NCBI GenBank assembly: GCA_045863395.1
Contig: BTVJ01000014.1
Span: 52,472-116,471 of the forward strand
Direction: 5' to 3'
Length of the DNA: 64,000 nucleotides
Source: Myxococcales bacterium
GTDB lineage: Bacteria; Myxococcota_A; UBA9042; JABWCM01; BTVJ01
Shown one piece after another: positions 34,465 to 45,554 of this stretch. A program made the position numbers and the translations under genes. Every line of letters begins with the position of its first letter. Position 1 is the first letter of the stretch. The notes beneath the pieces were generated by a model, which had not been told where the DNA came from, ran no database searches, and saw only the letters and a list, made by a program, of their open reading frames with translations.

Positions 34465-35220
34465 TCAGGGGGCGCCGGGGAGCGTGCCCAGGGACGCGAG
34501 GCGGCTCGCGATGTCAGGGTCCGCAAGGAAGGACCAGACGCGACCGTCGGAGAGGACGGTGCCCCAGGCCCCCTCCAGGATGGCGCGGACGACCAGGGGA
34601 TCCTCGAGGAAGGACGCCTTCGGGTGGCGCGCCAGCGCGGCATAGGCGGCGATGCGCTCTGCGTCCTCGGGGCTCGCGGAGCCGTCCCCCATGGCGAGGG
34701 TCCGGGCGGATGTCACCACCGCCTGTAGCGCCTCGACGTCGGGGATCTGGATGAACTGGAAGAAGCTGTGACGTGCTGCGATCCGCGCGGCGACCGAGCT
34801 GCTCAGGTCCAGGGCGGGGACCTCGGAGCCGAAGCGCGCGCCGGCGATGGCGAGGCCGCTGACGCCGATCCAGGCGAAGAGCCCCGCGGTGGCCACTCCG
34901 ACGGTCGCACCCAGGAGGCGGTCGAAGCCCCCCACGATGCTGTCGCCCGGCGCCAGGAGCCGCGCGATGAGGCGGGCAGCCAGGCGCAGCCCTACCAAGG
35001 CCGCGACGAAGATGACGGTGAAGGCGGTCGCGAGCCCCCCGAGCCCTGACAGGCCGAGGGCTCCCGCGACCAGGGGACCCAGAGGATCGCTGGCCTTCAC
35101 GGCGACGACCGCCGCCAAGACGAGGGCGACGAGGCGAAGCGCCATGAGCAGCGCCCCGCTCCGCCACCCGATGACACCGAAGGCCGCGACGAGGGCGACG
35201 ACGAGCAGGTCCAGCCACAT
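34465..35220 (-). CDS. cvpA: CvpA-family membrane protein
   Basis: Start MWLDLLVVALVAAFGVIGWRSGAL, a typical CvpA N-terminus. Four hydrophobic segments, soluble C-terminal tail. Confidence 0.8.
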   Translation of the reverse strand: MWLDLLVVALVAAFGVIGWRSGALLMALRLVALVLAAVVAVKASDPLGPLVAGALGLSGLGGLATAFTVIFVAALVGLRLAARLIARLLAPGDSIVGGFDRLLGATVGVATAGLFAWIGVSGLAIAGARFGSEVPALDLSSSVAARIAARHSFFQFIQIPDVEALQAVVTSARTLAMGDGSASPEDAERIAAYAALARHPKASFLEDPLVVRAILEGAWGTVLSDGRVWSFLADPDIASRLASLGTLPGAP

Positions 35221-35632
35221 CGCGCGGATGGTACGCTCCCGCCCTTTGCAGCGCAATTTCACAGCGTTCTCTCGGCCTCGGGGTGGCCTGCCCGCCGAAG
35301 CGTCTGCCAGCGGCCCCGGTTGCAGCGTCGGCCGTCGAGAGGAGCGAAGATCGCTGTTGCGTCCCCTCGGTGAGGGCTCCTATACTCGCGCGACGACACG
35401 GCTGAGGTGGATGACCTCCACGGTTTTCGGGGGGTTGGCTGCTCGTGAGCGGCGGGCCGTGCCGTCGTGCTCGCCCTTCGCCCTCCGGGACCCGCGACCC
35501 CGATGCGGGTGAAGGCATGGCGCGAGGGGAGCGCCATGGGGTGCGGGGGCCTCGCGGAGGAGTGCTGCTGGCGGGGTGAGCGATCACCCCGGGCGCAGCG
35601 CGTGGAGCGTCGACAGGCCCAGGTAGAGAGGA

Positions 35633-38053
35633 ATGGACACAGAGATCCAGAGGGCAGTCCGGGTGGCGCGTGTCGACCTGGAGCGTGCGCTCCGCATGGC
35701 GCTCCAGGGCATGGGCCCGGCGGCCGTGCTCGCGGCCGCGTCGGATGCCGCAGACGGAGGCAGCGAGGCGGACGCCCTCGCCGTCCTGAGTGAGGCGGCG
35801 CGCCTCGCCATGCACTCGCCCGAGCGCAGCGTAGACGACCTGCTCGCCGAGTGCCTGACCACCGAGTGGATGACCGCAGCGGGTGCCCGGCTCTATCGGG
35901 TGTCGCTGAAGCCCGGCCAGGCCGTGACCGACGCCCACCGTCGGCTGCTGGGCGGGGCCCTGGTGGTCGAGCTGGACAGCGTCGGTCCTGATCGGGTGTG
36001 GGCGGGGTGGGTCGACGTGGTCCGCGGGATACACGTGGCCTTCTCGCGAGTGGAGGGCGCCCCTCGCGTGCGGCGGGTCGGTCCTGAGGAGGGGCGGCTG
36101 GTCGCCACGGTCGCCCGCGCCATCGAGGCCCGCGCGTCGCGGGGGCTCAGCGTGACCGGCCTGTGGGACCGCCTGGAGGCCCTCGGGGATGCACCCAACA
36201 CGGACTTCCTGGCTGCCGCGGAGGACGTGGCCCGCCTGTCGCCAGACGAGGCGGCGGTGCTGTACGACCTCTGCGTGGCCCACCTGGACGCCGAGCGCAG
36301 CAGCCCGGACGCCCAGGCGGCCCGAGCGGCCCTCGATGAGCTGATCGCAGGCTCCGGGGTGTCGCTGGCCTGCGAGTCCGTCGACGCGCTGCTGCAGCTC
36401 CTGCGGGGAGGTCCGGTCCGCTGCGACCTGGTCGGGGCGCTGGCAGGCGCCGAGGAGCAGGGGCACGGCCTGTCGGGGGTCCTCGGGCACCTGGAGACGC
36501 TCCATCAGAAGGTGACGGGGGCGCCGCTGCGCACCTCGCTCAGGGAGCGACGGGAGCGCTGCGCGGCGCTCTGCGAGCGCGTCGGGACGCTCCAGAGTGA
36601 GGTCGAGGAGGTCCCCGAGCTCCCGTTCGACCATGATCGCGACACGTCCTCCGGGCTCCCCCCGGTGCTCCTCTCCGTGGAGGAGGCGCCGCTGGGCGGC
36701 CCCGAGAGCGAGGACGCGCCGTCCGCCTTCTGGGAGCCGGAGATCCCGTCCGCGGTCGCCCAGGCGCCCCTCGAGCCCTCGGTGGCTGCCCTCCTGCCGC
36801 GGCGGGAGCCGCAGGACCTCGCCGCGCTGGATCCCGTCGACATCTCCGTGGTGCGCGAGCGGGAGCTGGAGGCGCAGCTCATCGCCAGCGACGAGGCCCG
36901 CGAGCACGTCAGGAGCGACGCGGCGGCGCTGGACCTGGAGCTCGAGCGGGTGCGGAGGGAGCTGCGCCAGGCGCGCCGTGAGGCCGAGGCCCTGCGGCGG
37001 GAGAGGGCGGTGCTCATGGGCCGCGTGGACGGCGCGATGCGCATGTTGACCGGCACTCAGGGCTCCGTCGTGCAGCTCCTGGCCGCGATCGACGGGTCAC
37101 CCGGCACCCCGGGCGCTCTCCTGGAGCCGGCCGGCACGTCGCCGGGCCTCACCCGCTTTGCCATCGGCACCGCGGTCGCCTTGCTCGTCGCCGCGGTCCT
37201 GATCGTCGCCTACCTGCCGTCTCGCCAGACCACCGCCACGGGCCCCGTGATGCGACCTGCCGCCTCGGCGCCCCGCTCCAAGGCCGGGCTGGCCTTCGCC
37301 GCGGCCCGCCCGCAGGCGCCCGCGCCCGTCACCGAGGCCGCCCCTGCCGCGCCGGAGTCCCCGGCTGCAAGCGACGAGGAGCTCCCTCCCGAGGAGCCGC
37401 AGGCCGCTGCAGAGCCGGCCGAGCTGCCGCCTGGCTTCGAGGCGTCGCTGATGCTCACGCGGCGCTCCAAGGCCTTCGTCCATGGCGACCGCCGCACACG
37501 GGTCGTGATGGAGCTGCCCGAGGGGCCTCGGCTGGTCGGAGCGTGCGTGGCGGCGCGCTCCACGCCGGAGGCCGTGGGCTCGCCGGTGTACCCTGGCTAC
37601 GAGCCCATCGTCATCCCATGCACGGGGTCCTACCGGGACGTGTGCGATGCCCTGGGCTGTGACGACGCCGCGGATCGGTGCGACGTGGCGGTGTCCGTCG
37701 TGGCGCCCTGCGGCGCCGATCCTCCACCCGTCGGCGGCGGGCCGGCCTCCGCGGCGGCACCTCGCTTCGAGCCCACCCTTGCGCTGGGCGCCCGGTCCAA
37801 GATCTACTCCCGCCAGTCGCGGGACGCGGTGGAGCTCGCCAGTCTGCAGGGAGGCTCCGCGGTCCTGGGCCGCTGCCTCTTCGCGACGGCGTCGCCCGAC
37901 GCCGCCGGCGCCAAGGCGTGGCCCGGCTATGAGCCCATGTCCGTCCGGTGCGACGCCGACACCGCGGGGCTCTGCGAGGCCCTGGGCTGCATCAACCCGG
38001 ACGGGGTCTGCCACGTGCTCGCGTCGGGCGCGAGGGCGTGCAGCCCCCGGTGA
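35633..38053 (+). CDS. hypothetical single-pass membrane protein with coiled coil and duplicated Cys-containing C-terminal module
   Basis: 806-aa ORF. Coiled coil RELEAQLIASDEAREH...RRELRQARREAEALRRERA. TM segment FAIGTAVALLVAAVLIVAYL. Two roughly 95-aa repeats ending (Y/W)PGYEP...C...(D/E)ALGC. Confidence 0.7.
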   Translation: MDTEIQRAVRVARVDLERALRMALQGMGPAAVLAAASDAADGGSEADALAVLSEAARLAMHSPERSVDDLLAECLTTEWMTAAGARLYRVSLKPGQAVTDAHRRLLGGALVVELDSVGPDRVWAGWVDVVRGIHVAFSRVEGAPRVRRVGPEEGRLVATVARAIEARASRGLSVTGLWDRLEALGDAPNTDFLAAAEDVARLSPDEAAVLYDLCVAHLDAERSSPDAQAARAALDELIAGSGVSLACESVDALLQLLRGGPVRCDLVGALAGAEEQGHGLSGVLGHLETLHQKVTGAPLRTSLRERRERCAALCERVGTLQSEVEEVPELPFDHDRDTSSGLPPVLLSVEEAPLGGPESEDAPSAFWEPEIPSAVAQAPLEPSVAALLPRREPQDLAALDPVDISVVRERELEAQLIASDEAREHVRSDAAALDLELERVRRELRQARREAEALRRERAVLMGRVDGAMRMLTGTQGSVVQLLAAIDGSPGTPGALLEPAGTSPGLTRFAIGTAVALLVAAVLIVAYLPSRQTTATGPVMRPAASAPRSKAGLAFAAARPQAPAPVTEAAPAAPESPAASDEELPPEEPQAAAEPAELPPGFEASLMLTRRSKAFVHGDRRTRVVMELPEGPRLVGACVAARSTPEAVGSPVYPGYEPIVIPCTGSYRDVCDALGCDDAADRCDVAVSVVAPCGADPPPVGGGPASAAAPRFEPTLALGARSKIYSRQSRDAVELASLQGGSAVLGRCLFATASPDAAGAKAWPGYEPMSVRCDADTAGLCEALGCINPDGVCHVLASGARACSPR

Positions 38054-38166
38054 GGGGCCACGGGCGTCGTCCGCTCCGGACGGTGCGCCGCGGCCGATTT
38101 CTCGTTTACATGGGTCCCGTTCTCTTCTAGAGTCCGGCCCGCACCGACCCCCCACACGGAGGCACC

Positions 38167-39117
38167 ATGCCCCTGTTCAGTCGCAAGGACGCCACGCTGG
38201 TCAAGACGACCTCCCGCGTGCGCCGGATGATCCCCTACCTGATGAAGGGACGGAACGAGAGCATCGTGTACCACGAGCAGCTCGTCGACCTGACCGAGAC
38301 CCTGCCGTTCATCGAGGAGTGGAACCGGACCCACGACAAGCCCATCACGGTCTTCCATGTGGCCATGGCGGGCATCGCCAAGGGCCTCATCGCGCGGCCG
38401 GGGCTCAACCGGTTCATCTCGGGCGGCAACACCTGGCAGCGCAACAAGGTCGAGCTCTCCTTCGCCGCGAAGAAGCAGGTCAGCAAGGACTACTCGCCGC
38501 TCGTGACGGTGAAGCTCGACGGCATCCCGGACGAGCCCTTCTCCGAGACCGTGCGGCGCCTCCACGAGTCGGTCGGCGAGGCGCGGGACACGAAGCTCAA
38601 GCCCGTGGACAAGGAGGTGAAGCTCCTGCTGAAGCTCCCCGGGTTCGTGCTCCGGCTCATCATGTGGCTGGCGCGCTCGCTGGACGACTGGAACCTGTTC
38701 CCCTACGCCATGATCAAGAACGACCCGCTGTTCGCGAGCATCTTCGTCGCGAACCTGGGCTCGGTGGGCATCGACCGGACCTGGCACCACCTCTACGAGT
38801 ACGGCAACATCGGGCTGTTCTGCGTGCTCAACGCCGTGTGCAAGGAGGTCGTGGCCGACGAGAACGACCAGCCCGTCGTGAAGAACATGGTGCGCATGCG
38901 GTTCGCCTTCGACGAGCGCATCAACGACGGCCACTACTGCGCAGCCTCCCTCGCCATCATGCGGGACTATGTGGAGCACCCGCGCCGGTTCCTGGAGGAG
39001 GAGACCGCCAGGACCGACGTGGCGGCGAGCATCGCGGAGGACGCCAGGCGGGCAGCGGAGGCGTTCGAGTACGAGCGAGCGGCGGACGAGGCGGACGCGA
39101 AGCGGAAGGCGGGCTGA
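38167..39117 (+). CDS. 2-oxoacid dehydrogenase E2 catalytic-domain-like acyltransferase (no lipoyl domain)
   Basis: 316 aa. The end of the catalytic-domain fold reads RMRFAFDERINDGHYCAASL (compare DHRxxDG). No lipoyl or E3-binding domain. Confidence 0.75.
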   Translation: MPLFSRKDATLVKTTSRVRRMIPYLMKGRNESIVYHEQLVDLTETLPFIEEWNRTHDKPITVFHVAMAGIAKGLIARPGLNRFISGGNTWQRNKVELSFAAKKQVSKDYSPLVTVKLDGIPDEPFSETVRRLHESVGEARDTKLKPVDKEVKLLLKLPGFVLRLIMWLARSLDDWNLFPYAMIKNDPLFASIFVANLGSVGIDRTWHHLYEYGNIGLFCVLNAVCKEVVADENDQPVVKNMVRMRFAFDERINDGHYCAASLAIMRDYVEHPRRFLEEETARTDVAASIAEDARRAAEAFEYERAADEADAKRKAG

Positions 39118-39166
39118 TACGGGGGGCACCTTGCACTCCATTCCCAGGTAGAGCAGGGACGACCTG

Positions 39167-40150
39167 ATGAACCCACTCGACTTTCTCGACGAGGAGGAGC
39201 GCGACCTCGTCGAACGCGCCATGGTGGTCATCGACTCCATGCCCGGGTCCCACGACGTGGTGCACCAGGGCCTGGGGCGCCTCGGCTGGCTGGCGCAGAT
39301 CACGCGCTCCTACCCGTCGCTGCTCGGCTACGAGGTCCTCGGCCGCCGCGTGCGCACCGCCGAGACGCTGGTCTCCTCGCTGATCACCCTCGACCGGGCC
39401 GCGAGCGAGCTGGAGCTCCCGGTCAAGGCGGCCGTCGGGCGCGCCTTCCTCATCGCCAAGATCCAGTTCTTCCGCTCCGTGATGATGGCGCTTCAGCAGT
39501 GGCCGCGGCTCGTGCCCGCGGGGATGCTGGAGGACCTCGCCTTCGAGCTCGACCAGGCGGTCTACACGAAGCTGGGCGAGGAGGTGCTGCTCGGGCTCAT
39601 CTACGCGCCGGACCTCAAGCAGGAGGTCAAGCACCTGGCCGCGCAGGTGCTGCTCGGGCTGTGGGAGAAGCCGATCCTCACGGAGGTCACGGACTTCTCG
39701 CCCGCCCTGGAGTCCACCTGGCACGCGCGCAACGAGCTGGTGCCCGCCCTGGGCGTCCTGACCGGCGTCGCCGAGCTGTTTCGCCTGGCCCAGAGCCAGG
39801 TGGCGCCGGAGTTCCTGGACTTCTTCGCGCGGGACGGCCTCTCCGACGACGAGCACAGCGCTTTCCGGGAGTTCCTGTTCGGGCTGCTCACCGAGGAGCT
39901 CGAGCGAATCGCCGTGGTCATGGACCAGGAGGGCCTCTCCGTGTGCGACCGGGCGCTCGTCGAGCGGGTGCTCGGGCCCAACGCCACGCGCTTCCTCGTC
40001 GTCGGCGACTCGGTCTCCATGTACCGCGCCTACCGCCGGCGCTCTCTGGCAACCGAGTACCGGCGGGTCAGCAACACACCGGGCCCGAGCCAGACCGCCG
40101 AGGGCTACATCATGGGGTGGATCCTGGGGCGACGGCTCCGGGAGAGCTGA
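39167..40150 (+). CDS. hypothetical protein (helical)
   Basis: 327-aa ORF with normal composition. 49 bp downstream of the E2-like gene and abutting the next gene (TGAGTG). No motif recognised. Confidence 0.65.
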   Translation: MNPLDFLDEEERDLVERAMVVIDSMPGSHDVVHQGLGRLGWLAQITRSYPSLLGYEVLGRRVRTAETLVSSLITLDRAASELELPVKAAVGRAFLIAKIQFFRSVMMALQQWPRLVPAGMLEDLAFELDQAVYTKLGEEVLLGLIYAPDLKQEVKHLAAQVLLGLWEKPILTEVTDFSPALESTWHARNELVPALGVLTGVAELFRLAQSQVAPEFLDFFARDGLSDDEHSAFREFLFGLLTEELERIAVVMDQEGLSVCDRALVERVLGPNATRFLVVGDSVSMYRAYRRRSLATEYRRVSNTPGPSQTAEGYIMGWILGRRLRES

Positions 40151-40609
40151 GTGCGCTCCGACCCCCGCATCTCCATCCTGCGCGACCCCCGCGAGGACCC
40201 GCGGAAGTGCTCTCTCAGGGGCCTGCACGGGCGGCCGGACGTCGCGTTCCACCGCTGGCGCGCCGACCGCACGTGGGACGCAATCGGGCGTGTCCTGCTC
40301 GCGGTCGGGGCGCCCGTGCTGGCGCCCGAGGACGCTGCGGCGGGACTCCTGCTCCTGGACTGCTCCTGGCGGCGAGTCCCCTCCCTGCGGCGGTGCCTGC
40401 TCGGGGACCCGGTCGAGCGATCACTGCCCCCGCTTCGTACTGCCTACCCTCGCACTGCCCGGGCGGGTACGGACCCGGACGCCGGTCTCGCCAGCATCGA
40501 GGCACTCTACGCGGCGGTGGCCCTGCTCTGGGGGCCGGACCCGACCCTGCTGGACGGTTACCCGTCTGCGGCGGCCTTCCTGGCGCAGAACCCGCACCTG
40601 GGGACATAA
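40151..40609 (+). CDS. Tsr3/DTW-superfamily-like protein (putative aminocarboxypropyl transferase)
   Basis: 152 aa. RDPREDPRKCSLRGL (compare Tsr3 DPKRCTGKKL), LLLLDCSWRR (compare DTSW / DTW), LASIEALYAAVALLWG (compare LSSLEALIATL). Confidence 0.55.
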   Translation: MRSDPRISILRDPREDPRKCSLRGLHGRPDVAFHRWRADRTWDAIGRVLLAVGAPVLAPEDAAAGLLLLDCSWRRVPSLRRCLLGDPVERSLPPLRTAYPRTARAGTDPDAGLASIEALYAAVALLWGPDPTLLDGYPSAAAFLAQNPHLGT

Positions 40610-40795
40610 TTGGACGTCGATATCCGTTGACTGCCGGGCTCCCGTGATGCATCCTGCGCCCAACCAATGCGCATGTTTGTTGAAATATCGAAGTCGTCAC
40701 AAAGGGTTATCTAAGTACGACTGATTTGGTCCTGTTTTTTCCATAGGCGCTGTGCTAAGGAAGCGCCAGCATCGGGGGAGGAAGCGGAGGACACG

Positions 40796-42238
<1,443 letters not shown>

Positions 42239-42260
42239 CACGAACCACACAGAGATCACC

Positions 42261-43016
42261 ATGCTGAAGATCGAGAGTCTGGAGGCCCGGGTAGAGGGCA
42301 AGGAGATCCTGCGGGGCATCGACCTGGAGGTGAAGGCCGGGGAGGTGCACGCCATCATGGGGCCCAACGGCTCCGGCAAGAGCACCCTCGCCAATGTGCT
42401 CGCCGGGCGCGGCGGCTACGAGGTCACTGGCGGCTCCGTCTCCCTGTGGGGCAAGGACCTGCTCGCCATGGCCGCCGAGGAGCGCGCCCGCGAGGGGGTG
42501 TTCCTGGCCTTTCAGTACCCGGTGGAGATCCCGGGCGTCGGCAACACCTACTTCATGCGGACGGCGCTCAACGCCATCCGCAAGCATCGAGGGGAGGAGG
42601 AGCTCGACGCCATGGACTTCCTGGCGCTGATCAAACAGAAGATGAAGATCGTGGACATGCCCCAGACGCTCATGAGCCGGGCGGTCAACGAGGGGTTCTC
42701 TGGAGGGGAGAAGAAGCGCAACGAGATCCTGCAGATGCTGGTGCTGGATCCGCGGCTCGCCATCCTCGACGAGACGGACTCGGGGCTCGACATCGACGCG
42801 CTGAAGCTGGTGTCCCAAGGGGTCAACCACCTGCGGGAGCGCGGGGACCGGGGCATCCTCATGATCACGCACTACCAGCGGCTCCTCGACCACATCGTGC
42901 CCGACCGGGTGCACGTGCTCGCCGAGGGGCGGATCCTGCGCTCCGGCGACAAGGAGCTGGCGCTGGAGCTGGAGCGGACCGGGTACGCCGGCATCGTGGA
43001 CGCGGCACGCGCCTGA
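42261..43016 (+). CDS. sufC: Fe-S cluster assembly ATPase SufC
   Basis: MLKIESLEARVEGKEILRG. Walker A GPNGSGKSTL, signature FSGGEKKR, Walker B LAILDETDSGLD. Confidence 0.95.
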   Translation: MLKIESLEARVEGKEILRGIDLEVKAGEVHAIMGPNGSGKSTLANVLAGRGGYEVTGGSVSLWGKDLLAMAAEERAREGVFLAFQYPVEIPGVGNTYFMRTALNAIRKHRGEEELDAMDFLALIKQKMKIVDMPQTLMSRAVNEGFSGGEKKRNEILQMLVLDPRLAILDETDSGLDIDALKLVSQGVNHLRERGDRGILMITHYQRLLDHIVPDRVHVLAEGRILRSGDKELALELERTGYAGIVDAARA

Positions 43017-43026
43017 GGAGGGTCGG

Positions 43027-44307
43027 ATGGACGACAGGCTGCCGACCGGTCCCTGGGTCGACGACGCGCCCGTGGTGAGCGACTGGACCGCCGGGCTGCG
43101 CCGCGCGGGGCTGGAGCGCTTCCAGGCGCTCGGGTTTCCGACCACCCGGGACGAGGCGTGGAAGTACACGAACCTGGCGCCGCTGGCGCGAGGTGGATTT
43201 CGCGTGGGGCGCGAGGCGCAGGCGGCCCCCGCTGGCATCGCGGAGCGGTGGGGCCTTGGGGGCGCCCGCGTCGTGATCGTGGACGGGCACTTCGACCGGG
43301 GGGCGAGCCGGTTGGGGGTTGGAGCGGGCGCCCGGCTCGTGCCCCTTGGGCTGGCTCTCGCGGAGCATCGTGAGCTGGTGGAGCCGCTCCTCGGCGCCTG
43401 TGCACCGGAGGGTGACGCCATGGCGTCGCTCAACCAGGCTCACCTCGGGGACGGGCTCGTGCTCCACGTGCAGGCGGGCGTCGACCTCGAGGAGCCCATC
43501 GTCGTGCTCCACGTGGGGCTCGGCGCCGGCATCGTGAGCCACCCGCGGACCTTGATTGCGCTCGAGACCGGTGCGCGGGCGCGCGTCGTCGAGGTCTGGG
43601 TGACGGAGGGGCAGGGCGCCCGCGCCTCCAACGCCGTGACCGAGGTGTCGCTGGCGGACGGCGCGACGCTCGAGCACTGCTCCGTGGGGGCCGAGGGACC
43701 CGATGCCCTGCGGACCGCGGCGCTGTTTGCTCGTGTCGGGCGCTCGGCAACGCTGCGCTCGGGTTCTTACGCCTTCGGGGCGGGGCTGGGCCGCGCGGAG
43801 GTGTCGGTCACGCTCGGGGAGGGCGCCGAGTGCGACCTGAGCGGGCTCACCCTGGTGGGAGGCAAGCGCCACGCGGACGTGCGGACCTTCGTGGACCACG
43901 CGGCGCCCCACGGTACGAGCCGCCAGACCTTCAAGGGCATCGCCGGCGGGGCGGGGCGCACCGTGTTCAACGGGCGGGTCCTCGTGCGGCCCGGGGCGCA
44001 GAAGACGGACGCCCGGCAGAGCAGCCAGAACCTGCTGCTCAGTGAGCGCGCCTGGGCGGATACGCGGCCCCAGCTCGAGATCTTCGCCGACGACGTGAAG
44101 TGCGCCCACGGGGCGACGGTGGGGCAGCTCGACGAGGAGGCGCTGTTCTACCTGCGGGCGCGGGGGATTGGGGCAACCGAAGCCCAGGCCCTGCTGACGG
44201 AGGCCTTTGCGGGGGAGGTGCTCGACTCCTGCCCCACCGAGGCCCTGCGCCCCACGCTGCGGGCAGTGCTGTCGGAGCGTCTGACCACGGGGGAGGAGAT
44301 GCCATGA
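43027..44307 (+). CDS. sufD: Fe-S cluster assembly protein SufD
   Basis: 426 aa. C-terminal QNLLLSERAWADTRPQLEIFADDVKCAHGATVGQLDEEALFYLRARG is typical of SufD. Confidence 0.9.
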   Translation: MDDRLPTGPWVDDAPVVSDWTAGLRRAGLERFQALGFPTTRDEAWKYTNLAPLARGGFRVGREAQAAPAGIAERWGLGGARVVIVDGHFDRGASRLGVGAGARLVPLGLALAEHRELVEPLLGACAPEGDAMASLNQAHLGDGLVLHVQAGVDLEEPIVVLHVGLGAGIVSHPRTLIALETGARARVVEVWVTEGQGARASNAVTEVSLADGATLEHCSVGAEGPDALRTAALFARVGRSATLRSGSYAFGAGLGRAEVSVTLGEGAECDLSGLTLVGGKRHADVRTFVDHAAPHGTSRQTFKGIAGGAGRTVFNGRVLVRPGAQKTDARQSSQNLLLSERAWADTRPQLEIFADDVKCAHGATVGQLDEEALFYLRARGIGATEAQALLTEAFAGEVLDSCPTEALRPTLRAVLSERLTTGEEMP

Positions 44308-45554
44308 TCGCGATGGTGGAGGCGCCGCGGGCGCCAGCCCTTGACGTGGAGGCCATTCGCGCCCAGTTCCCCGTGCTGCACCAGCAGACCCACGGAAAGC
44401 CCCTGGTCTACATGGACAGCGCGGCGACCACGCAGAAGCCGCAGGCCGTCATCGACGCGGTGAGCCGGTACTACGAGGAGGACAACGCCAACATCCACCG
44501 GGGCGTCTACGAGCTGAGCCAGCGGGCCACCGATGCCTACGAAGGGGGGCGCAAGACCGTGGCGCGGTTCCTCAACGCGCGCTCCGAGCGAGAGATCGTC
44601 TTCGTGCGAGGCACCACCGAGGCGATCAACCTTGTGGCGGCCACCTTCGGGCGGAGCCGGGTGGGGGCGGGTGACGAGATCCTCATCACGGGCATGGAGC
44701 ACCACTCCAACATCGTGCCCTGGCAGCTCCTGTGCGAGCAGACCGGGGCGCGCCTGGTGGTGGCGCCCATCGACGACGACGGGGCGCTGCCCCTCGACGA
44801 GCTGGAGCGGCGCATTGGGGACCGCACGAAGCTGCTCGGCCTGGTCCACCAGTCGAACGCCCTCGGCACCATCAACCCCGCGCGCCGCATCGTCGAGCTG
44901 GCGCACGCGCGAGGGGTGCCGGTCCTGCTGGACGCCGCCCAGTCCGTGGCCCACATGCCCGTGGACGTGCAGGAGCTCGGCTGCGACTTCCTCGCGTTCT
45001 CGGGCCACAAGATCTTCGGGCCCACGGGCATCGGGGTCCTCTATGGGCGCCAGGAGCTGCTCGAGGCCATGCCCCCGTGGCAGGGCGGCGGGGACATGAT
45101 CCTGTCGGTGTCCTTCGAGAGGACCACCTACAACCGGGTGCCGTGGAAGTTCGAGGCGGGGACGCCCCACATCGCCGGCGTGGTGGGGCTCGCGGCGGCC
45201 ATCCGGTGGCTCCAGGGCGTGGGGCTCGGGGCGGTCGCCGCCTGGGAGAGCGAGCTGCTCGCCTACGCCACGCGAGCGCTGCGAGACGTACCTGGGCTGC
45301 GGCTCATCGGGACGGCCTCCGAGAAGGGCCCCATCCTGTCCTTCGTGCTGGAGGGGGTCCACCCCCACGACATCGGCACGATCCTCGATGGCGAGGGGGT
45401 CGCCATCCGCGCCGGCCACCACTGCGTCCAGCCGGTGATGACCCGGTTCGGGGTGCCCGCGACGGCGCGGGCCTCGCTCGCGCTCTACAACACCATCGCA
45501 GAGGTGGACGTGCTGGTCCGGGCCATCCACAAGGTGGGGGAGATCTTCCGATGA
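44304..45554 (+). CDS. sufS: cysteine desulfurase SufS (class V aminotransferase, group II)
   Basis: ATGA overlap with sufD. VYMDSAATTQKP, HRGVYELS, FSGHKIFGPTGIGVLYG (PLP lysine), RAGHHCVQP (catalytic Cys). Confidence 0.95.
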   Translation: MIAMVEAPRAPALDVEAIRAQFPVLHQQTHGKPLVYMDSAATTQKPQAVIDAVSRYYEEDNANIHRGVYELSQRATDAYEGGRKTVARFLNARSEREIVFVRGTTEAINLVAATFGRSRVGAGDEILITGMEHHSNIVPWQLLCEQTGARLVVAPIDDDGALPLDELERRIGDRTKLLGLVHQSNALGTINPARRIVELAHARGVPVLLDAAQSVAHMPVDVQELGCDFLAFSGHKIFGPTGIGVLYGRQELLEAMPPWQGGGDMILSVSFERTTYNRVPWKFEAGTPHIAGVVGLAAAIRWLQGVGLGAVAAWESELLAYATRALRDVPGLRLIGTASEKGPILSFVLEGVHPHDIGTILDGEGVAIRAGHHCVQPVMTRFGVPATARASLALYNTIAEVDVLVRAIHKVGEIFR

